A stretch of 64,000 nucleotides of DNA, from NCBI GenBank assembly GCA_010405405.1, contig MU004232.1, forward strand, positions 1,135,481-1,199,480, written 5' to 3'. A program made the translations under genes and the position numbers. Below, piece after piece: positions 25,948 through 40,721 of the stretch. This DNA is from Microthyrium microscopicum (lineage: Eukaryota). The notes beneath the pieces were generated by a model that was not told the DNA's origin, made no database searches, and saw nothing but the letters and a program-made list of their open reading frames with translations. Each line of letters starts with the position of its first letter. Position 1 is the first letter of the stretch.

Positions 25948-28284
25948 ATGGAGCCAGAAAAGACTCATCTCGATACCGTCGAGAATGCCTCACAGCAATC
26001 TAGCGATCTTGCTGGACGCCATGGCGCTGCTGAGCACAACAAACCAAACCTGCCCTATGAGGCTGGCGAGAACGACATTGTAACTATGAAAACATGGATT
26101 GTTGTTACTGTAAGATCTTTCAGAGCATTGTTGAAGACAAGACACTTTACTGACCGGAGCAAGGTCTTATCTTTATCTTACGGCTTGAGTTTCTGGAGTG
26201 TACCAGCGATAGGAGCCATTGGTACTCAGATTGCTACTGAGCTGGGAAATCCTTCTGATGCCGCGTGGTGGACAACCACCTATACCATGACCACTGCTGT
26301 GAGTATCTTCCCGAGATAATGATCTTTACGAATTACATCCTAACGACAGCAGATATCCTTCATGCTTTTCGGTGGCAACAGTGACTTGTTTGGCCGTCGT
26401 TGGTTCATCATCGCGGGAAATGTTCTAGTATTCATTGGTCTCATCTTAATCGGCTCAGCAAAGAACACACAATCAATAACTGCAGGCAATGCTTCTATTG
26501 GTGTTGTAAGTTTTGGTCAAAACCAGATTGCTTGTCACTCGTCGCTAACTCGTCATCAGGGCGCAGGTCTTTGTCAACTTGCAGCTTTTGCGCTGCCTGA
26601 AGTACGAGTCTAACATCAAATATTGGAGAACATGAATCTGACCTTAACCTAGCTTCTACCCAACCGAATCAGACACGTTGGTATCCTCATTGCAGGTTGG
26701 CATACCTCTTACCATCCCATGAGATTACAGTTGACTAACGCATATAGATGCAAGCACTTGGATTGCCGTGCTTTTCGGTCCAATTACCGCCAGATATGCC
26801 ATTATACATGAGGGTCGTGTAAGTCTTGCAAAGGAATGTCAAATGGTAGCACCGAAGACTAACACAACATAGTGGAGATGGCTATTCTACAGTCCTGCCA
26901 TCATAACCGGTATCTCTTTCGTTCTGCTTGTCATTCTCTATCACCCACCAAAGCATCCTCGCGGTATTCCATGGGGCCAGGCTCTGAAACAACTCGACTA
27001 CCTTGGCATGCTCTTATTCACCGTCGGTGCTACCTTGGTCTTTACTGGTGTCATCTACACCACCATTCTTCCATCGTCCAACACCAAAGTCGTTGCCACT
27101 CTTTCAGCTGGTTTCGGCACGATAGTCTTATTTGCCCTGTGGGAGACTTTTGGAAAAGTTAAACAGCCGTTGACACCACCGTGGGTGTTCGCACAGGACA
27201 AGGGCCGAGAGTTCTTCTTTCCATTCATTGCAGGCACTATCGTCAACATGTTCTTTTACTCTGTCAACATTGCATATCCAACAGCTGTAAGTCTGCTATC
27301 AATGAGATCGTTCATTATTTACGGCTTCTCACACTAACATACTTGAAGATCAATGTGCTTTGGACCGATCCTACAACTCCACTTTCTTATTCTATTGAAT
27401 TGACTCTTCCCCAGAACTTGGGTCTTATCTTCGGTTCGATGATGCTGATGATTTTCGGGTACGATCATCCACAAGTTACTTCAAAATCCGAATTTTACTA
27501 ACTATCAACTTAGAATCAAAATTGGACACTGGAAGTGGCAATTTGTCGGCTCCTTCGCCGTTATGACCATCTTCGGAGCTCTCTTAGCATTAGCAACTCC
27601 AAACAACAGAGCAATGATCATGGTATTCGTTTTCATCTGTGAAGGTGCTTATGGATGGGCTCAAACTCTATCAATTGCCTGGATCCAATTCGGTGTACCA
27701 CAGACTGAACTCGGTATCTCAGGAGCTTTAGCGTAAGCACGCCAATAGATCCGCTCTTTACATACTAACTTTGCCGCAGTGGTGTAGCTCGATGGACTGG
27801 AGGTGCCATTGCTTCATCTATGTACCTCACCATTCTTGCCAATACGCAGGGCAAGAAGGCGGCACAGCTGGTTCCAGCCGCTGCGATGAAAGCTGGCGCG
27901 AGTTCCTCTACCGCTCAGGCTCTGTTGAAGGCTCTCCCACTCGGTGCCACAGCAATTGCCAAAGTCGCCAACACAACGCCCGCTATGGTTCAAGCTGCCG
28001 GTGCGGCTTTCGTCCAGAGTTACGTTGTTGGCCTACGGTAAGTCTCATATACTGATATCCAATCAGCCAACGCTAACTTTATATTTAGAACAATCTGCTT
28101 AGTTTCTATTGCCTTTGGTGTTATTGGCACCATATGTTGCGCCTTGTCCAATGATATTGGCCCAAAGATGAACCGAAAGAGTAAGTTATCATCAGTTCTG
28201 TTCCGATCGCTCGTTGCTAACAGGTTCATAGTCGAGGTTTTCTTGGAGAACGATGTTCAAGCAGAGAAGAACAAGTTCCATTGA
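25948..28284 (+). CDS. MFS transporter, TRI12/fungal drug-efflux type
   Basis: About a dozen short introns; GGNSDLFGRRWFIIAGN, YHPPKHPRGIPW and IGPKMNRK motifs; many hydrophobic helices; stop TGA at 28282-28284. Confidence 0.88.
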
Positions 28285-28709
28285 TTGACTCAAGGCTAGT
28301 AAAGTTTTTAATCCACAAAATCCTACCCTTATATTGATTAGGAAGTTTGTAGTAGTATATAATGTTCGAGAATATGTCTTGAAAACAGTAGAATGATAAT
28401 AAAGATATTTTCAACACCCGAAGCTGCTGAGCGAGTGATACAATTCTCCGTCGGGGTTTACTTCCAGGTAGACATCCCTGATCAATATATCAATCTGGCA
28501 TATATTGCCGTGTTTTATAGAGTATCAAATCAACGGACATTTGCGTTGCATCTCCATAGGCCCTATATTCTCGCTTTCTCATTATGCATGCGTACTCCAA
28601 AGCACCAAGAACACGGCAGCAACTGTTAATTTTAGCTTGAAGATGGAGTAGTCGCGGAAAATTGGAGCGGACAGACTTTCACTGAAAAATAGTAGTGATT
28701 GAGCGCGAC

Positions 28710-30138
28710 ATGGCTTTCAACTTTGTATTCATCGTTCTTGCTTGTCTTTGTGCCGTTCAGAGAACTTTACAGCTGCAAATCGTCCCAGGAGCTACTCTCA
28801 CGGCGGTAAGAAATAACCATTTTTTCATTACTTATCGCTAAAATACTTACTTAACACTTGCATAGGTGAACACCGGCCAGCATGTCCAAGCCCATGGAGC
28901 CGGCTTCATAAAAGTTGGGGACCTATACTATATGATCGGCGAAGACAAAGCCAGCGGAAGCAACTTCCAGAACGTCAACTGCTACTCATCACCCAATCTT
29001 GCCGAATGGACCTATGTAGGCGCGTTAGTGTCACGCGGTGCCAGTGGTGATCTTGGTCCAGGTCGAGTAGTTGAGCGTCCAAAAGTCATATATAACCGCC
29101 AAACTAAGAAGTATGTGCTGTATATGCATATCGACAGCGGCAACTACAAGGAAGCCAAAGTTGGCGTTGCAACTGGAGATACTGTTTGTGGAAAGTACAC
29201 GTACCATGGTAGCTATCGGCCACAGGGCCATCAGAGTCGCGATATGGGTCTCTTTCAAGACACCGATGGCACTGGATATCTGCTTGCGGAAGACGTAAGT
29301 CCTACAAAATTTCTCTTGTCTCGAGTACTAATGTTTTGCGCAGCGCGAGGCTGGTCTCCGAATCTTCCAGCTGTCTGCGGACTATATGAATGTTACCGCA
29401 TTAACATATTTATGGAAAGAAAAGTATGAAGCGCCAGCCATTTTGAAGCGTGGATCAACCTATTACATGTTTGCGAGCCATCTTTCTGGCTGGAATTCCA
29501 ACGACAACATTTACAGCACCGCTACAAAAATGACTGGCCCATGGTCTGGATGGAAAACCTTTGCACCTTCTGGAAGCAAGACACTCAACTCTCAAACAGC
29601 CTACATCTTAACTCCCGATGAGAACACTGCCATCTATATGGGCGATCGCTGGATCGAAAAGGACCTCTCCCGCTCAACATATGTCTGGCATCCTCTAAAA
29701 GTCAACGGAAACACAGTGACCATGGAAAACCACGAATACTGGAACCCTCCAGTTGGCGCAACTGGTCAAGCAGGCCAAGAAGTGACCTACGCCGCCAAAG
29801 ACGCAATTCTGAAATCTGTAGCTAAGATGTCGAATGGAGCGGCGGGATATATTGGAGGTCCTGATAATGGCTCTATAACATTCTCAGCAATTCGAAGCTC
29901 GTCGAATCAGCGAAGGACGCTCAAAATTTACTACGGAAGTGGAGATAAAGCTCCGAGATATGCTTCAGTGACTGTTAACGATGACAAGCCGCAAAAAGTA
30001 CAGTTCCTGTCGACAGAGTCAGGGCGAGGTATATCTGTGGTTTCTGTAGATCTTCGAGCGGGAAAGAATACCATTACGATCTCGAGTTTCAATGGTGGAT
30101 GGGGTCCAGATATCGCATCGCTGAAGGTGGCTGAATAG
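28710..30138 (+). CDS. Secreted GH43 glycoside hydrolase (exo-beta-1,3-galactanase-like) with C-terminal CBM35-like module
   Basis: Signal peptide; VQAHGAG, VVERPKVIYN, SRDMGLFQD, YEAPA and YMGDRW motifs; C-terminal AGYIGG...NTITI...WGPDI; introns near 28806-28865 and 29295-29343. Confidence 0.88.
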
Positions 30139-30239
30139 TCTTTCGATTGAACAGCTTAGAGGGGATTGTAAATATTTGAACTTGAATTGATTTCTAGTAG
30201 TACCGGTATTGTTCTAGTTCAATTTCTGTAAAGTTGTTC

Positions 30240-30848
30240 TCAAAGCCATATCACAACAAACAATGCGAGTGCTCCCAATATCAAACCCGGCTTCATTAAC
30301 CTATCTGAAGCTCCGTTCGTAGTTGGTTTGGCTGTGCTGACAGTGCTTATCACACTCGTGCTCAAGTTGAACTGCTCTAAACCAGCAGTTACCGTGACCG
30401 GCACAAAAGTATACTCAGACTGAGCATACGTTGTTCTCATCACCGTCGTCGAAGTAGGCTCCATAGGAGCCTGCGTGAAGTAGACTGTACTAAAAGTACA
30501 GTTTGCTGTACTTGAAGGTGCGACAGTGCAGGTAGCATATTCTGTGGAAAGTCCATAGCCTGCTGTAAGTTCGTATGTTGACTTATCGCGAATGGCGACA
30601 TCCACTTGATGCGGCCAGCAGTCGAGATTGGCATTGGTAGTGTCTGTTATGTTGTAGACTGCTGCTGTGGAATCGGCGCTGTAGAGAGATGCGGTGTACG
30701 TTGGGGTTGCGGTACAGGATGTGCGTGGGCCTGGGAAGAAGACGGAGACTACTGATGTGCTTGTCGGAGCTGGAGTTTGGGTGGTAGATAAGGCGTAGAG
30801 ACCTGTTGCTAGGAACGGACCGAATGACGAGGAGGATGTCAAAAACAT
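30240..30848 (-). CDS. Ser/Thr-rich putative GPI-anchored cell-surface protein
   Basis: Thr/Ser-rich with 4 Cys; FVPVTVTAGLEQ motif; TNGA followed by a hydrophobic C-terminal tail. Confidence 0.7.
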   Translation of the reverse strand: MFLTSSSSFGPFLATGLYALSTTQTPAPTSTSVVSVFFPGPRTSCTATPTYTASLYSADSTAAVYNITDTTNANLDCWPHQVDVAIRDKSTYELTAGYGLSTEYATCTVAPSSTANCTFSTVYFTQAPMEPTSTTVMRTTYAQSEYTFVPVTVTAGLEQFNLSTSVISTVSTAKPTTNGASDRLMKPGLILGALALFVVIWL

Positions 30849-31573
30849 GTTGGCGATCGAAACTGGTATGATGATGACCGTTATATCCTAGATACGAAAT
30901 AGTAGATGTTATGATTTTGGCCGATTATGATCAATTTTTGAACACTTGAAAACAAATAAAGAACCCCTGGAGAACATATTTATATTCATTTTGGATTTGT
31001 CCCCTTCTCATCGTAATATTTGAATGGCGAGGCTGTACATCGTGAACTGTGCCGCCCAACGGCGGCGAGAATTAACGCCACGCGCCTATTCGTTGTAGAT
31101 TTGTTTCACCGACTGAGATCGAATCCTTATAATAGTCTTGGCTCGCATATGGCTTTGAGAAAGGCCAGGTAAAAAGAGTGCATAAGCCAAACAGAGTGGC
31201 GAAGATCACAATGCTGCTCCCAAAGTCCCCAGAACTTGGACGTCATTTTCAGCCACGAAACATGAGAATATGATCTTGGAGCAACGGACTGAACGAAAGG
31301 GCGAATCGTCATAGACGTTGACAAGTTCGAATCAATTCTGGTAAGTGTCAGTAGAGTAGAGTATTCTTTGACCATCAGTACGTCTGATCGCTAATTTCTG
31401 AAAACCAAACCTTCTCACAATCTCAAACCCAAAGAAATCACTGGACCAACCACTCATTCAACGTGGAAATACACACTCGAGAATATCCATTGAATCTTTA
31501 GTCCTAAATAGAAGACTATATATCCAACATATCTCCCACCCAAACCTACTCTAGATCAATATCCACCCACATC

Positions 31574-33850
31574 TCATTCCCTCTCAGTAAACGAGCTACC
31601 CGCAACCGACAACTTCTCCATATTCTCCTCCAATCCGCCCTTCTTCTTCGTCCTCCTCTTCCCACTTTTCTTACTCCTTGCACCCTCCACCGTCAATGGT
31701 GCCTCCAGCACCCACCTCGCAATCGCTTCCGCACGCTCCGTCGAGAATCCCGTGCTCTCACCCACCCCTTGCGCCTGCGGATTCGCGTGTCCATGTTCCT
31801 GCTCAATCGCTCTTGCCACCGAAACCTCACGCGCATGGAATGCCGACTCGCGGCTCTGTACGGCTTTATGAAAGCTCTCTTCATCCACGACTCGTTCGTC
31901 CGCGAGGGCCTCGACGATAGCTTTCTGCACAACGGCCTCCTTCTTCTGGCGCGGTGAAAGCGCACGAAAATTTCGGTTTGCGGAGATGTTGGCGAGCGAC
32001 GCTTCCTCGTCGTCCTCGGGGTTACGCACACCGGAGCGGCAGAGACTCATCCAGGACTCGCGTAGGTCGATCCAGTCGCCGGTAAGACGCAAAATCTCAT
32101 TCCAGTCTGCGCGAGAGGTGGAGCGGGCGTGCAGAAAGACAGGAAAGCCAGAGAGCAAGCGAATCAGGCGGGCAGCGTTGGTGGCGTGGCGGCGAAGTTC
32201 CGTGGGTGGTGTTTGTACGAGAGCGTGGCAAAGGAGGAGAGAGTGCAGTGCTTCGGTGAGGAGTGGGTGGTAGGTGACGCGCTCCATTTGGTAGTCGCTT
32301 GGCTTAGTCTCCGACCGCGGATCGGGAGGCTGGCGAGTTCGTGGGACGAGTTCGGTCGATGTAATTGGAGGATATGGCGGGAGGTTTGGTGGGAGAGCCG
32401 CTTCGAAGAGATCGCAGACTTTGAAGACTTCTGGGTATCGTAGATTTGAACTAGATCGTGATAGATTTGGATTCTTGTATGATGTCCCACGTCCGTTGGT
32501 ATGGACCAAGTCCTGAGACTTCGTCGTCTCGGTACCTGGGCTGGCACCCGCAGTGGTATCATCATTATCGGTGACTCCAGGTGTGTACTCAAGATGGGCC
32601 ATGAAACTTTGAAAGTCGCGTAAAGCTTTGCGCGCATTGGACTTGACGACTTTCCGAACAGCAAGGTGGACATTCCGCGCTTCGCTGGCTTCTTTACGCT
32701 TCACTGGGTCGTCACTACCTTCACCAGCAGCCATGCTTTCGCTGGTATTCCAAGCAGTCAGAGCTTCGCGGATACTCTGACAGGCTATCCGCAGATATAT
32801 GCTACCACGGTGAAATAGCAGTTGTGGTTCAATGCTACTTGGTTGGTCCTTTTCCTCGAGTTTTCCTTCTGATCGCCAGTCTCGGGACTTGAAGTGGCCA
32901 TCCGCGTCCAAGTAGCCTTTCGGACCAGTATCTTCCCGCGCCGCGCGATGTTCTGGGCTTTGTGACATGCGAACAGTCGCCAAAGCCTCAGATAAATCTT
33001 TCGTTGCTCCCGCAAGATCATTTTTGAATATCTTCGTCAAAGCTCTAGTCCTATATGGTGAAACATCGCCAGGTCTCTCCGCTATAAGGTCATTAAGAGT
33101 GGTGAGCGGTGTGTACTCGGCCATCATCCTAGAAGGAATCTTCTCGTGAAAGAACTCGACATATTTCGCATCCCGATCATCCGGATTCCGCTGGAGCACA
33201 TGCTGCGCAAGATCCTCCAGAGTGGAAGTCCCCTGCATCATAGCCACACTAGCCGCGATCTCGTCTAAATGGTACGCCTGTGATAGCTTCTGCGTCGCGA
33301 GTTCGCGCATTCGAAACTTGCGCTCACGACTTAATTTGGCCACCGGACCATTGTTGCCAAACGCGAGACCCAGTGCAGCCGCTCCATTTAGGACACCATT
33401 GCTTGACGCGATCGAGTTTTGCAATTGCGCAGAGGACACGCCTGATGCTGCGCGGACAGCTAGATCTGTGGCCTCGTCCACAGCTCGCCGGATTTTCAAC
33501 AGATCAAATATTATAGCAGGATCGATAGGGTGCGGGTGAGGAGCGTAGTAATTCGTATGGGCAATTGTCTCGAGAACTTCTGTGGGAAGCTGCAGCCAGG
33601 GACCGTGGTAATTGCTAATGTATCGCCAATGCCTGTGTTCAAGGAGAAGATTAGCCAACGATCTCTGATAACAGTAAAACGATTATATAATGTGCTAGAA
33701 ATTCTAGAAATATGACTGCGCATAAACGTACTTGTTGCGAGCTATCACCAATGCTGTCGAACGCGGTTCGGCTGCGGGAGCTGATGCATTTGCTGGAGTC
33801 TGCGCCGACCCGTTGGAAGCTGCTCCCGCTGTGGCTTTTTTCTTCGTCAT
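31574..33850 (-). CDS. Conserved fungal protein with TPR-like helices
   Basis: Exon 1 MTKKK...ALVIARNK; intron 33731-33633; then HWRYISNYHGPWLQLP in a 694-codon ORF; LSRERKFRMRELATQKLS and TYHPLLTEALHSLLLCH blocks. Confidence 0.8.
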
Positions 33851-34367
33851 GCCAGTAATTGTAAAGACATGGATTGCTTTACACGAATATATTCGGGCTT
33901 CGGGAAAATCCACAAAGACAGACTGGTAAATGGATGAAGGGCAGTGGGTATGGGAAAAAATGAAGAGAATCTGGGCAAGTGGAGTTGAAGATGCGGCTCA
34001 ATCAATCAATGGATCGGATGCACCTTGTCTTTTCCAAGCCTTACCCGACATTATGCCCGCCTTTCTCCATTGTCCACCTCCTGATCAATGATTATAATCT
34101 GTCCGCGGTTACAATTCTAAACGGAACAATTGGCACAACAAGCCCATCAGATCAAGCTCATCACGGCAATTCATGGTTCAGGTAACGCTCCACACAATCT
34201 CGTACGCCTGTCGGAGCTCACAAACGGACCTTATCACCAAGAACGAAACGGGAAAAGAGATTGTTGCTTCGTGTCCAACATTGACACAGATATCATTATC
34301 ATTCCCGGCATTACGCTCATGACTAAAAATTATACATGACATAACAACCCCCCGGCCACTCTTAAAG

Positions 34368-37300
34368 TTATATCCCCAGCAGCCGTCCAAATATCTTCTT
34401 CTTGTTATTACTTCCAATACTACTCTCGTCATCATGGGTATTACTCCTCCGGAACTTTCCTGCGCTCCTTTGGGATGACGTTGATGTGCGTCCTCCTTCT
34501 TCAGTGTATGTCTTTTGACGTTGACTATTGTCAAACGATGTGGCGGATCGGATTGATGGTGTGTTTGGTGCGGATTCAAGGATTATGCCTTCTTGGAGGT
34601 CTTGTTTGATGTCTCGTATGCTACGAGCAGGCTTTTGGCTGTCGTCTGGGTTGATCTCGATGGTCATGCCGACTTTGCGGACTTTGGATTTGCCGATTAC
34701 GGTTTTGGGTGGGCTGGTTCCTAGGTCGTGGGTTGCGGTGGAGGTGAATGTGAAGCCGGCAAAGTCACTTCCAGCTTCGTTGGGGCGGAGATTTTCCATT
34801 GACTTGGGGTTGGATAATGAGTCCTTGCGAGGGCGCGGGGCGTCGGTTTTGGCTGGGACTGCTGGGACTGCTGTTACGGGTCGATCGTCGTCGTCGTAGG
34901 TTTTGCGCAGATTGGGCTCCGAGCGGAATCGACCTTTGGTATCTTCTACAGAATTACGGACCAGGCTGGTTCGTGGCTTTCGGGGAGCGGCGGTTGGTGT
35001 GACATCGACACCGGCGCCATATCCATCAGTCTCTAGATCATCCTCATCGATTTCTCGGAATGCACCTAGATCTGGATGAGCGACTTCGGAAGTGTGGGCT
35101 GCCGAACGCCGGACTGGTGGTGTTGCCATTCCAGTGCCAGATGCCAAAGTCGAATCTGTCGACGTCCACGATGAGTTTGAAGAATTGGCGTAATGCATAG
35201 ATCGGAGCTTTGTGCTGTGCAGCATTGCCGTAGCTGGAGAATTGTCACGGGAAACTGACGTCGAATCTCGCAAGCTAAGACGGGAGAAATTGGTCATGCT
35301 GCCTCCAGACGGCGAATCCATGCCTCCTGATTGCTGAGAGGATCGTCGACTCAGTTGAGAAGAATCTGTGGCAATTGAGACCACGGAATCTTGCTTGAGA
35401 TGGTTGCCTCGAAGCGGGCCAAGATCTTTCTGCATATGAACTCGAGCAAGAACTCCGTGGAGTTTACTCATGTTGTCCTGCAGAGTGACTAACTCCTCTT
35501 GAAGAGTGCGCTCTTCTTGTATCGTGTCTCTTATTGAACTCGTTCGTTTTGGTCGCCGGCTCGGATGTGTAGGAGATGTTGTGACGGAGCGGTGAGTTCG
35601 AGCTTCGGAAGCAATTCGTTGCCCAAAAGAATGTATGGCGTGCTGGAGTGAAACGCTGACTTCAACTAGTCGGCGCGCTTCTTGGTCATATGTGTTAACG
35701 CTGTCTTCAGCTTGCTCTCTTGCTGTGATAAGGGAGACGCGTTCTTTTTCGTACCTCCGCGTCTTCTCTTCTGCCTCGCGAACGAATCTTTTGAATTCAA
35801 TATCAAGATTTGAGACAGACCCTTCGGCCGATTTCAGACTCTCGTTGGTGCCTTGGACCACACCATTTAGTCGGGCGTTTTCCTCCATGGCAGCATCCAA
35901 AGCTTTTTCGGATCGAGCAAGCTGCGATTGTAGCTTGCCGTTCTCCTTGGAGCTTGCGACAAGTTTGACACCAAGGAATCGTAGTCTCTGGTTCGTCCTG
36001 TTGTTTTCTTTCTGCATTCGAGCTACGTCTTCCTGTAAGACCTGGCTGAAATGATGAGTTTTCTCCATATTTTGGCGGTAGGCGATAACCTGTTCCTTTG
36101 TGGTGTCAAAGTCGTTCTTCAGTCTTTGCATGGCTTCGCGGAGGTTGGACAGCTCCAAGTGGGCGGAGTGGAGCTCGTCTTCGAGGGATTTATTTGATTG
36201 AGTGAGGGTGTCGATTTCGGTGATAAGAGTCTTCTCTGTCTCTTCCAGCAGAGTCATGCGACTTCTTTCTGCTTGGGCAGACTCCTCAATGGCTTTGAGC
36301 TTGGTCTCTGCAAGACTTAGTCGCTGCTGAGCGTCATCTGAAGAAGAAACACTTGACGACCGTCTCTCACCAACGCTTGATAAGCTTTCAAGTCTGTCCA
36401 GGGCCGCCAGTAAATGGTTGTCAGCAGTAGCTGCTTGCCACATCATGGCATCAAGCCTTTGTTTCCTTTCTGCGTCGAGATGCCGAAGCGATTGAACATT
36501 TCGGTTTGCTTCATCTAGTTGTTCGCTGAGAGTATCGCGTTCTTCTCGCAAAGCATGAAGTTGGTCGACCACACCTTCATCTTCGTTCCCGGTTATGGCT
36601 GTGCCATGATGATCATGCAGTTGCTTCGCGAGTCGACCATTAACGGTCGAAAGGGCTCGAACTTCATTTTCGAGGTTTTCCTTACTATCGAGAGCATCTT
36701 GTAACCTCCTTTCGGAGCGTGCCTTCGATTCGCTGACTTTTTGGAGATGAGTTTTCAGCTTTTGCTCCCTTTGTTTTGCGGCTCGAATGTTCTTCTCCAG
36801 TCTGTCTCTAGTTTGCCGGAGTTCGACGATCTGTCGACTCGACCGTTTGGATTCATCTACTTGACTAACATCTAAAAGTAAGTCATATATCGAGTCCCTC
36901 TGGTCTGTTTTACTCTCGGCCTCGGATAGCGAGTCGTATGTCAGATCTGTGTGACTCGAGGTCTGAGAAAATGCCATACTCGGCGCATGGATTTTTGGTA
37001 TGTTTAGATCGAGTTGTCCGCGGAGGAAGTGTCTCGATTCATTGAGGATTTGTAGGTTGCGTTGATATTCATCGAGGAGGGAGTCGATTGAGCTTTCGGA
37101 GCGATGGCGACCATGGGCGATTTTTTGTTTTTTATTTCCTGCAAAAACTGCTTCGCGCTGTTGAAAGAGAGCCATGTCGACAGACTTTCTCGAGTTATGC
37201 CCTGAAGCATTCAGTGTGCCAGCCTTGTCGAGATGCACCGCAGATCCCAGCACCGGCGTGGAAGATCGATGGCTAGTATAAACACCTACTTGTTAAAAAG

Positions 37301-37952
37301 CTGTCAGTCAAGACCAAGAAACAAACGTTTCACACGTCAATTGTCGCGTGTATAAAGATAGAAGCGTGATTGACGGAGCAAACGAAGCAAAGGATCTCTA
37401 TGTATAAATCGACTTCGAGTACACCCGATTGAAGGTGCAAGACATTGATCGACTGGATCCAGGATTCCGGTAAGTGCTTTTGAACGTACCTGGCAATCCA
37501 ATAATGGTATTAAAGTCGTTGTCGAGTCCATCAACAGGAACAGGGGAGTCTGCCAGCATCCATCTCGCCTGTTGGGCACTTAAACCTTGAATAGTTCTTT
37601 CTTTTGCATTAAGCATGCTGTACAAACGCTTGATTTCAGCGCGCTGGCTGCGTTGCGCGCCGTCTTGGTGGATTAGAGCGCGAACGAGTGCTTTTCTGCT
37701 GACAGCGGTCCAACGGCCCAGCCTTAGCTTTGCCTTTGTGGCATGGTGCCTGGTTTTGGTGCGCAAGGAGCTTTGATGTGGATCCTGTACATGGTGGAGT
37801 TGGTGGCTTGCGAGATGGCTTGATGTGTCTTCCTGCATCCGACCTGTCTTCCTTGCATCGCCTACAGGTATCAATATTCTTTCTGGTAAATCGATCTCTT
37901 CTTGCACAAGCAGGGCGATGAGAGATTGCTCCCGCTTGTTGTTCGCCATCAT
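34368..37952 (-). CDS. Large coiled-coil protein with disordered C-terminus
   Basis: 961-codon ORF rich in heptad-like E/K/Q/L; upstream exon joined by inferred intron 37489-37286; start codon uncertain. Confidence 0.75.
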
Positions 37953-39907
37953 TCGTTCTGTTTCAGTGGTATATGCTGCTGTGAACAATGAGTCCGCCTA
38001 GCGGTTCGCTAGAATCGAACACGACTCGCGTCGGCGAACTTTTCGAGATCTCGCAAAAGGCAGGAGAATAGGAATTAGGCCTAAACAGGCTCGATCTAAT
38101 TGAGCCACTCGATGTGCCACCCAAGCAGAGACAATTCCTGAATCCTTCCAAATCTTCCTGCCGAATCGAGATCCAAATCATTGAATGGTAAGCTATCGCA
38201 TCAATAGACTGACGTCGTGTCACTCTCATACAGAAAGTTCCCGAGTCCAGTTGTATTCAAACACTCATAAATCGAAAAGACTGGTGGCACGAGATAGGAA
38301 GATTTTGAGCCTCTTTTGATCAACACCCCAGATTACTCTATCTTCAATTGAGTTTGGCCCCAATCAAAAATAACATTTGGCAACTCCACGCGTTCTATGA
38401 GATATTAATACCTATTTCCGAGAGATCCAATACCCGTATTCATATATGAGATGCTATACATTAAGTCCTCATTCAGTACTAAACACACAATATAAATTGC
38501 TTAGAGGGCAATTGAACTATAAACACATGCAGTAAGGTCAGCGAACTTGCGAAGTGATTGAATATCAAATGCTGGGATGAATCTTGAAGTTAAAATCGCC
38601 TTTAGAAGTCCAATTTCGGTAAGCTGCATATTCAATATTCTCCCTACAATAATCACACGAGGTCTCAGCTTTGCTTTCTTGCTTGTCAAGGACTGACGTC
38701 TCCAATCATTCAAGACCTCTCACATCTCTAACATCCAAAGCCAAGCTTGGCAAATCTCAACAAAGAGGAGACAACGCACGCCAAAAACCTGCGCTATCTT
38801 GTCTTGTGTGTGTCAATTCAACTCGATTGGCCCCAGAAGCAGTGTTGAACTCGGTGGACCTTCCTTTTGGCGGTGGAGGCGTCCAAAATTGAGTCTCCAC
38901 CGCCAGCCCAGTTCCATCCCGGTCAGCGGGTTTCTCCTGATTTTGCATACGCTTTTGCTTTTGGTTCTGCGCCCGGAGCCAGCGTTCGAGAAATTGAAAC
39001 ACCTCTTTTTGGGATCACGCATCATCCATGTTCTCTTGGTTTTGCTTTTTGGCGCACCTTTTTGCTCGGCCCTGTGAGCTGGGTCCACGAGACTCCGCCA
39101 GCGCGAGCAAGGGGATTGGCTTTTCTTGTCACGGTGGTCCTTGTCAGTCACGCTAGCAGCAAATGATTACTTATAATTCGTCGCTGATCTCTACTGGCAA
39201 TTGTCTGAAACGTGCAATATCTGCCGTTCAAAGGACCGTGTTGGCACTGGCGATCAACGTGGTCAAAGTCTCCAGCTTTTCGGGCCAGAAGTTTTTTGGA
39301 GCAAAGCGTAAAATCGTTAGAATACGAGCCATCGATTTAAATAAGGAAACTAAGACGCAGATCTCTTGGAGTCTTTGACATCGACTTTGATCGGATATCG
39401 TATTTCGTAACCTTGCAAAGATGTGAGGACTCAGGAGAGAAATCTCCTTTGTTCTCATACCCAGGTTCTCCCTCTTCATTTTCTTTGAATCTCTAGGAAA
39501 GCCTGGGTTGAACAGAGATCAAAGAATCTGGAACTCGTCCTCTCACGATCACGAACATCACAGACACATTGTTTATTCCGGACTGGCCGGCACCTTGCAG
39601 CTTTCCCTTGCAGTTGGCAGCTCCCCGTTCCTTTCAACTATCGGAACGATCATATGCACGATGAAGGAAATGCGGGACGCATTTGTACAGGCTCACAGGG
39701 CTGCAGCACGCTACTTTTGCACCGCACGAATATCTGGGGTATTTGGTTCGTTTAGTGTACCATGACATTCATTTCAATTTCCTTCGTTATGTACAACGGT
39801 CCCATGTCTTCTTTCGATGATGACTACAGGTTAAGGTATCTTATGTTCCCAGGCGTTATAGTGAGATACCCAATTGCTTCCGTTTCTTTTTTGTGATCGA
39901 TTAGCGC

Positions 39908-40721
39908 TTATGCGGACAAGAGCTTCTCCATCTCAGGAGTTAGCGACAAGGGCGTGTTGAAGAACTCGAGTGTCTTTGATACCCAGGTGCCCTTGGCCTC
40001 TGACAGTCCAACAATGCTGACACGGCCCAGTTCACTCTTTTGCTTAACCTCTCCAGTCGCCTCGTAAATGGTCTCGCCCTTCTTGATGTAGACATTGCCA
40101 ATCTGTGTCGCGAGGACTTCACCAGCCTGGTTCTTGAATGCAAAGACAACGTTGCCCAGATCAATCTCGACGGGAGATGGGTTGATGATCTTCATTGTGT
40201 TCTTGAATTGGCCGTCGCCGAGCACTTCGGTCTTGACGATCTCAGTCTGTGGGCCGTCCATACCTTTCATGGCGACTGGCTTCTTGTACACGATCTTGGA
40301 CTTCATGCCAAGGGCCTTGATGGTGCCCTGACCGTTGTCGAGGTGCATGGTGAGCTTCTCGTCGAGTTGCAATGACTTGTTGAACGCGAGGAAGGCCTCC
40401 ATGTCGGTGATCTGGATCTTTTGGTCCTTGATAATGACATCTGCGCCCTTGGATGTGGTCTTGACTTCAGGCAAGTTGAGTTTGCCAAAAGCGCCCTTGG
40501 GCCCAACGAGGTCTACAGTCATTGGGGCAAGAGTGGCTGGGAGGGGGCCAGTGTGTGTAGTCTTGGACTCGATTGACATGACAAAAGAGCTGTGATATGT
40601 CAATTCGCGGTCACGTACGGTACGATCGCAGATATACTTACTCTGTGGTGGCTTGTGTGATACTGATGGTGTACACCTCCAGCCTGGAGAGGTTGAGAAT
40701 AGCCTGAACGATGGAGTCCAT
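39908..40721 (-). CDS. DUF3712-like protein
   Basis: Exon 1 MDSIVQAILNLSRLEVYTISITQATT; short intron near 40641-40591; GKLNLP, DQKIQITDMEAFLAF, YKKPVAMKGMDG and INPSPVEIDLGNV motifs. Confidence 0.75.

Noticed and set aside
25948..28284. Secondary-metabolite cluster around the TRI12-type transporter
   Set aside because: No PKS, NRPS, terpene synthase or P450 in the window.
38757..39765. Short overlapping ORFs between the coiled-coil and DUF3712 genes
   Set aside because: Fragmentary and unassignable; a relic cannot be excluded but is unsupported.
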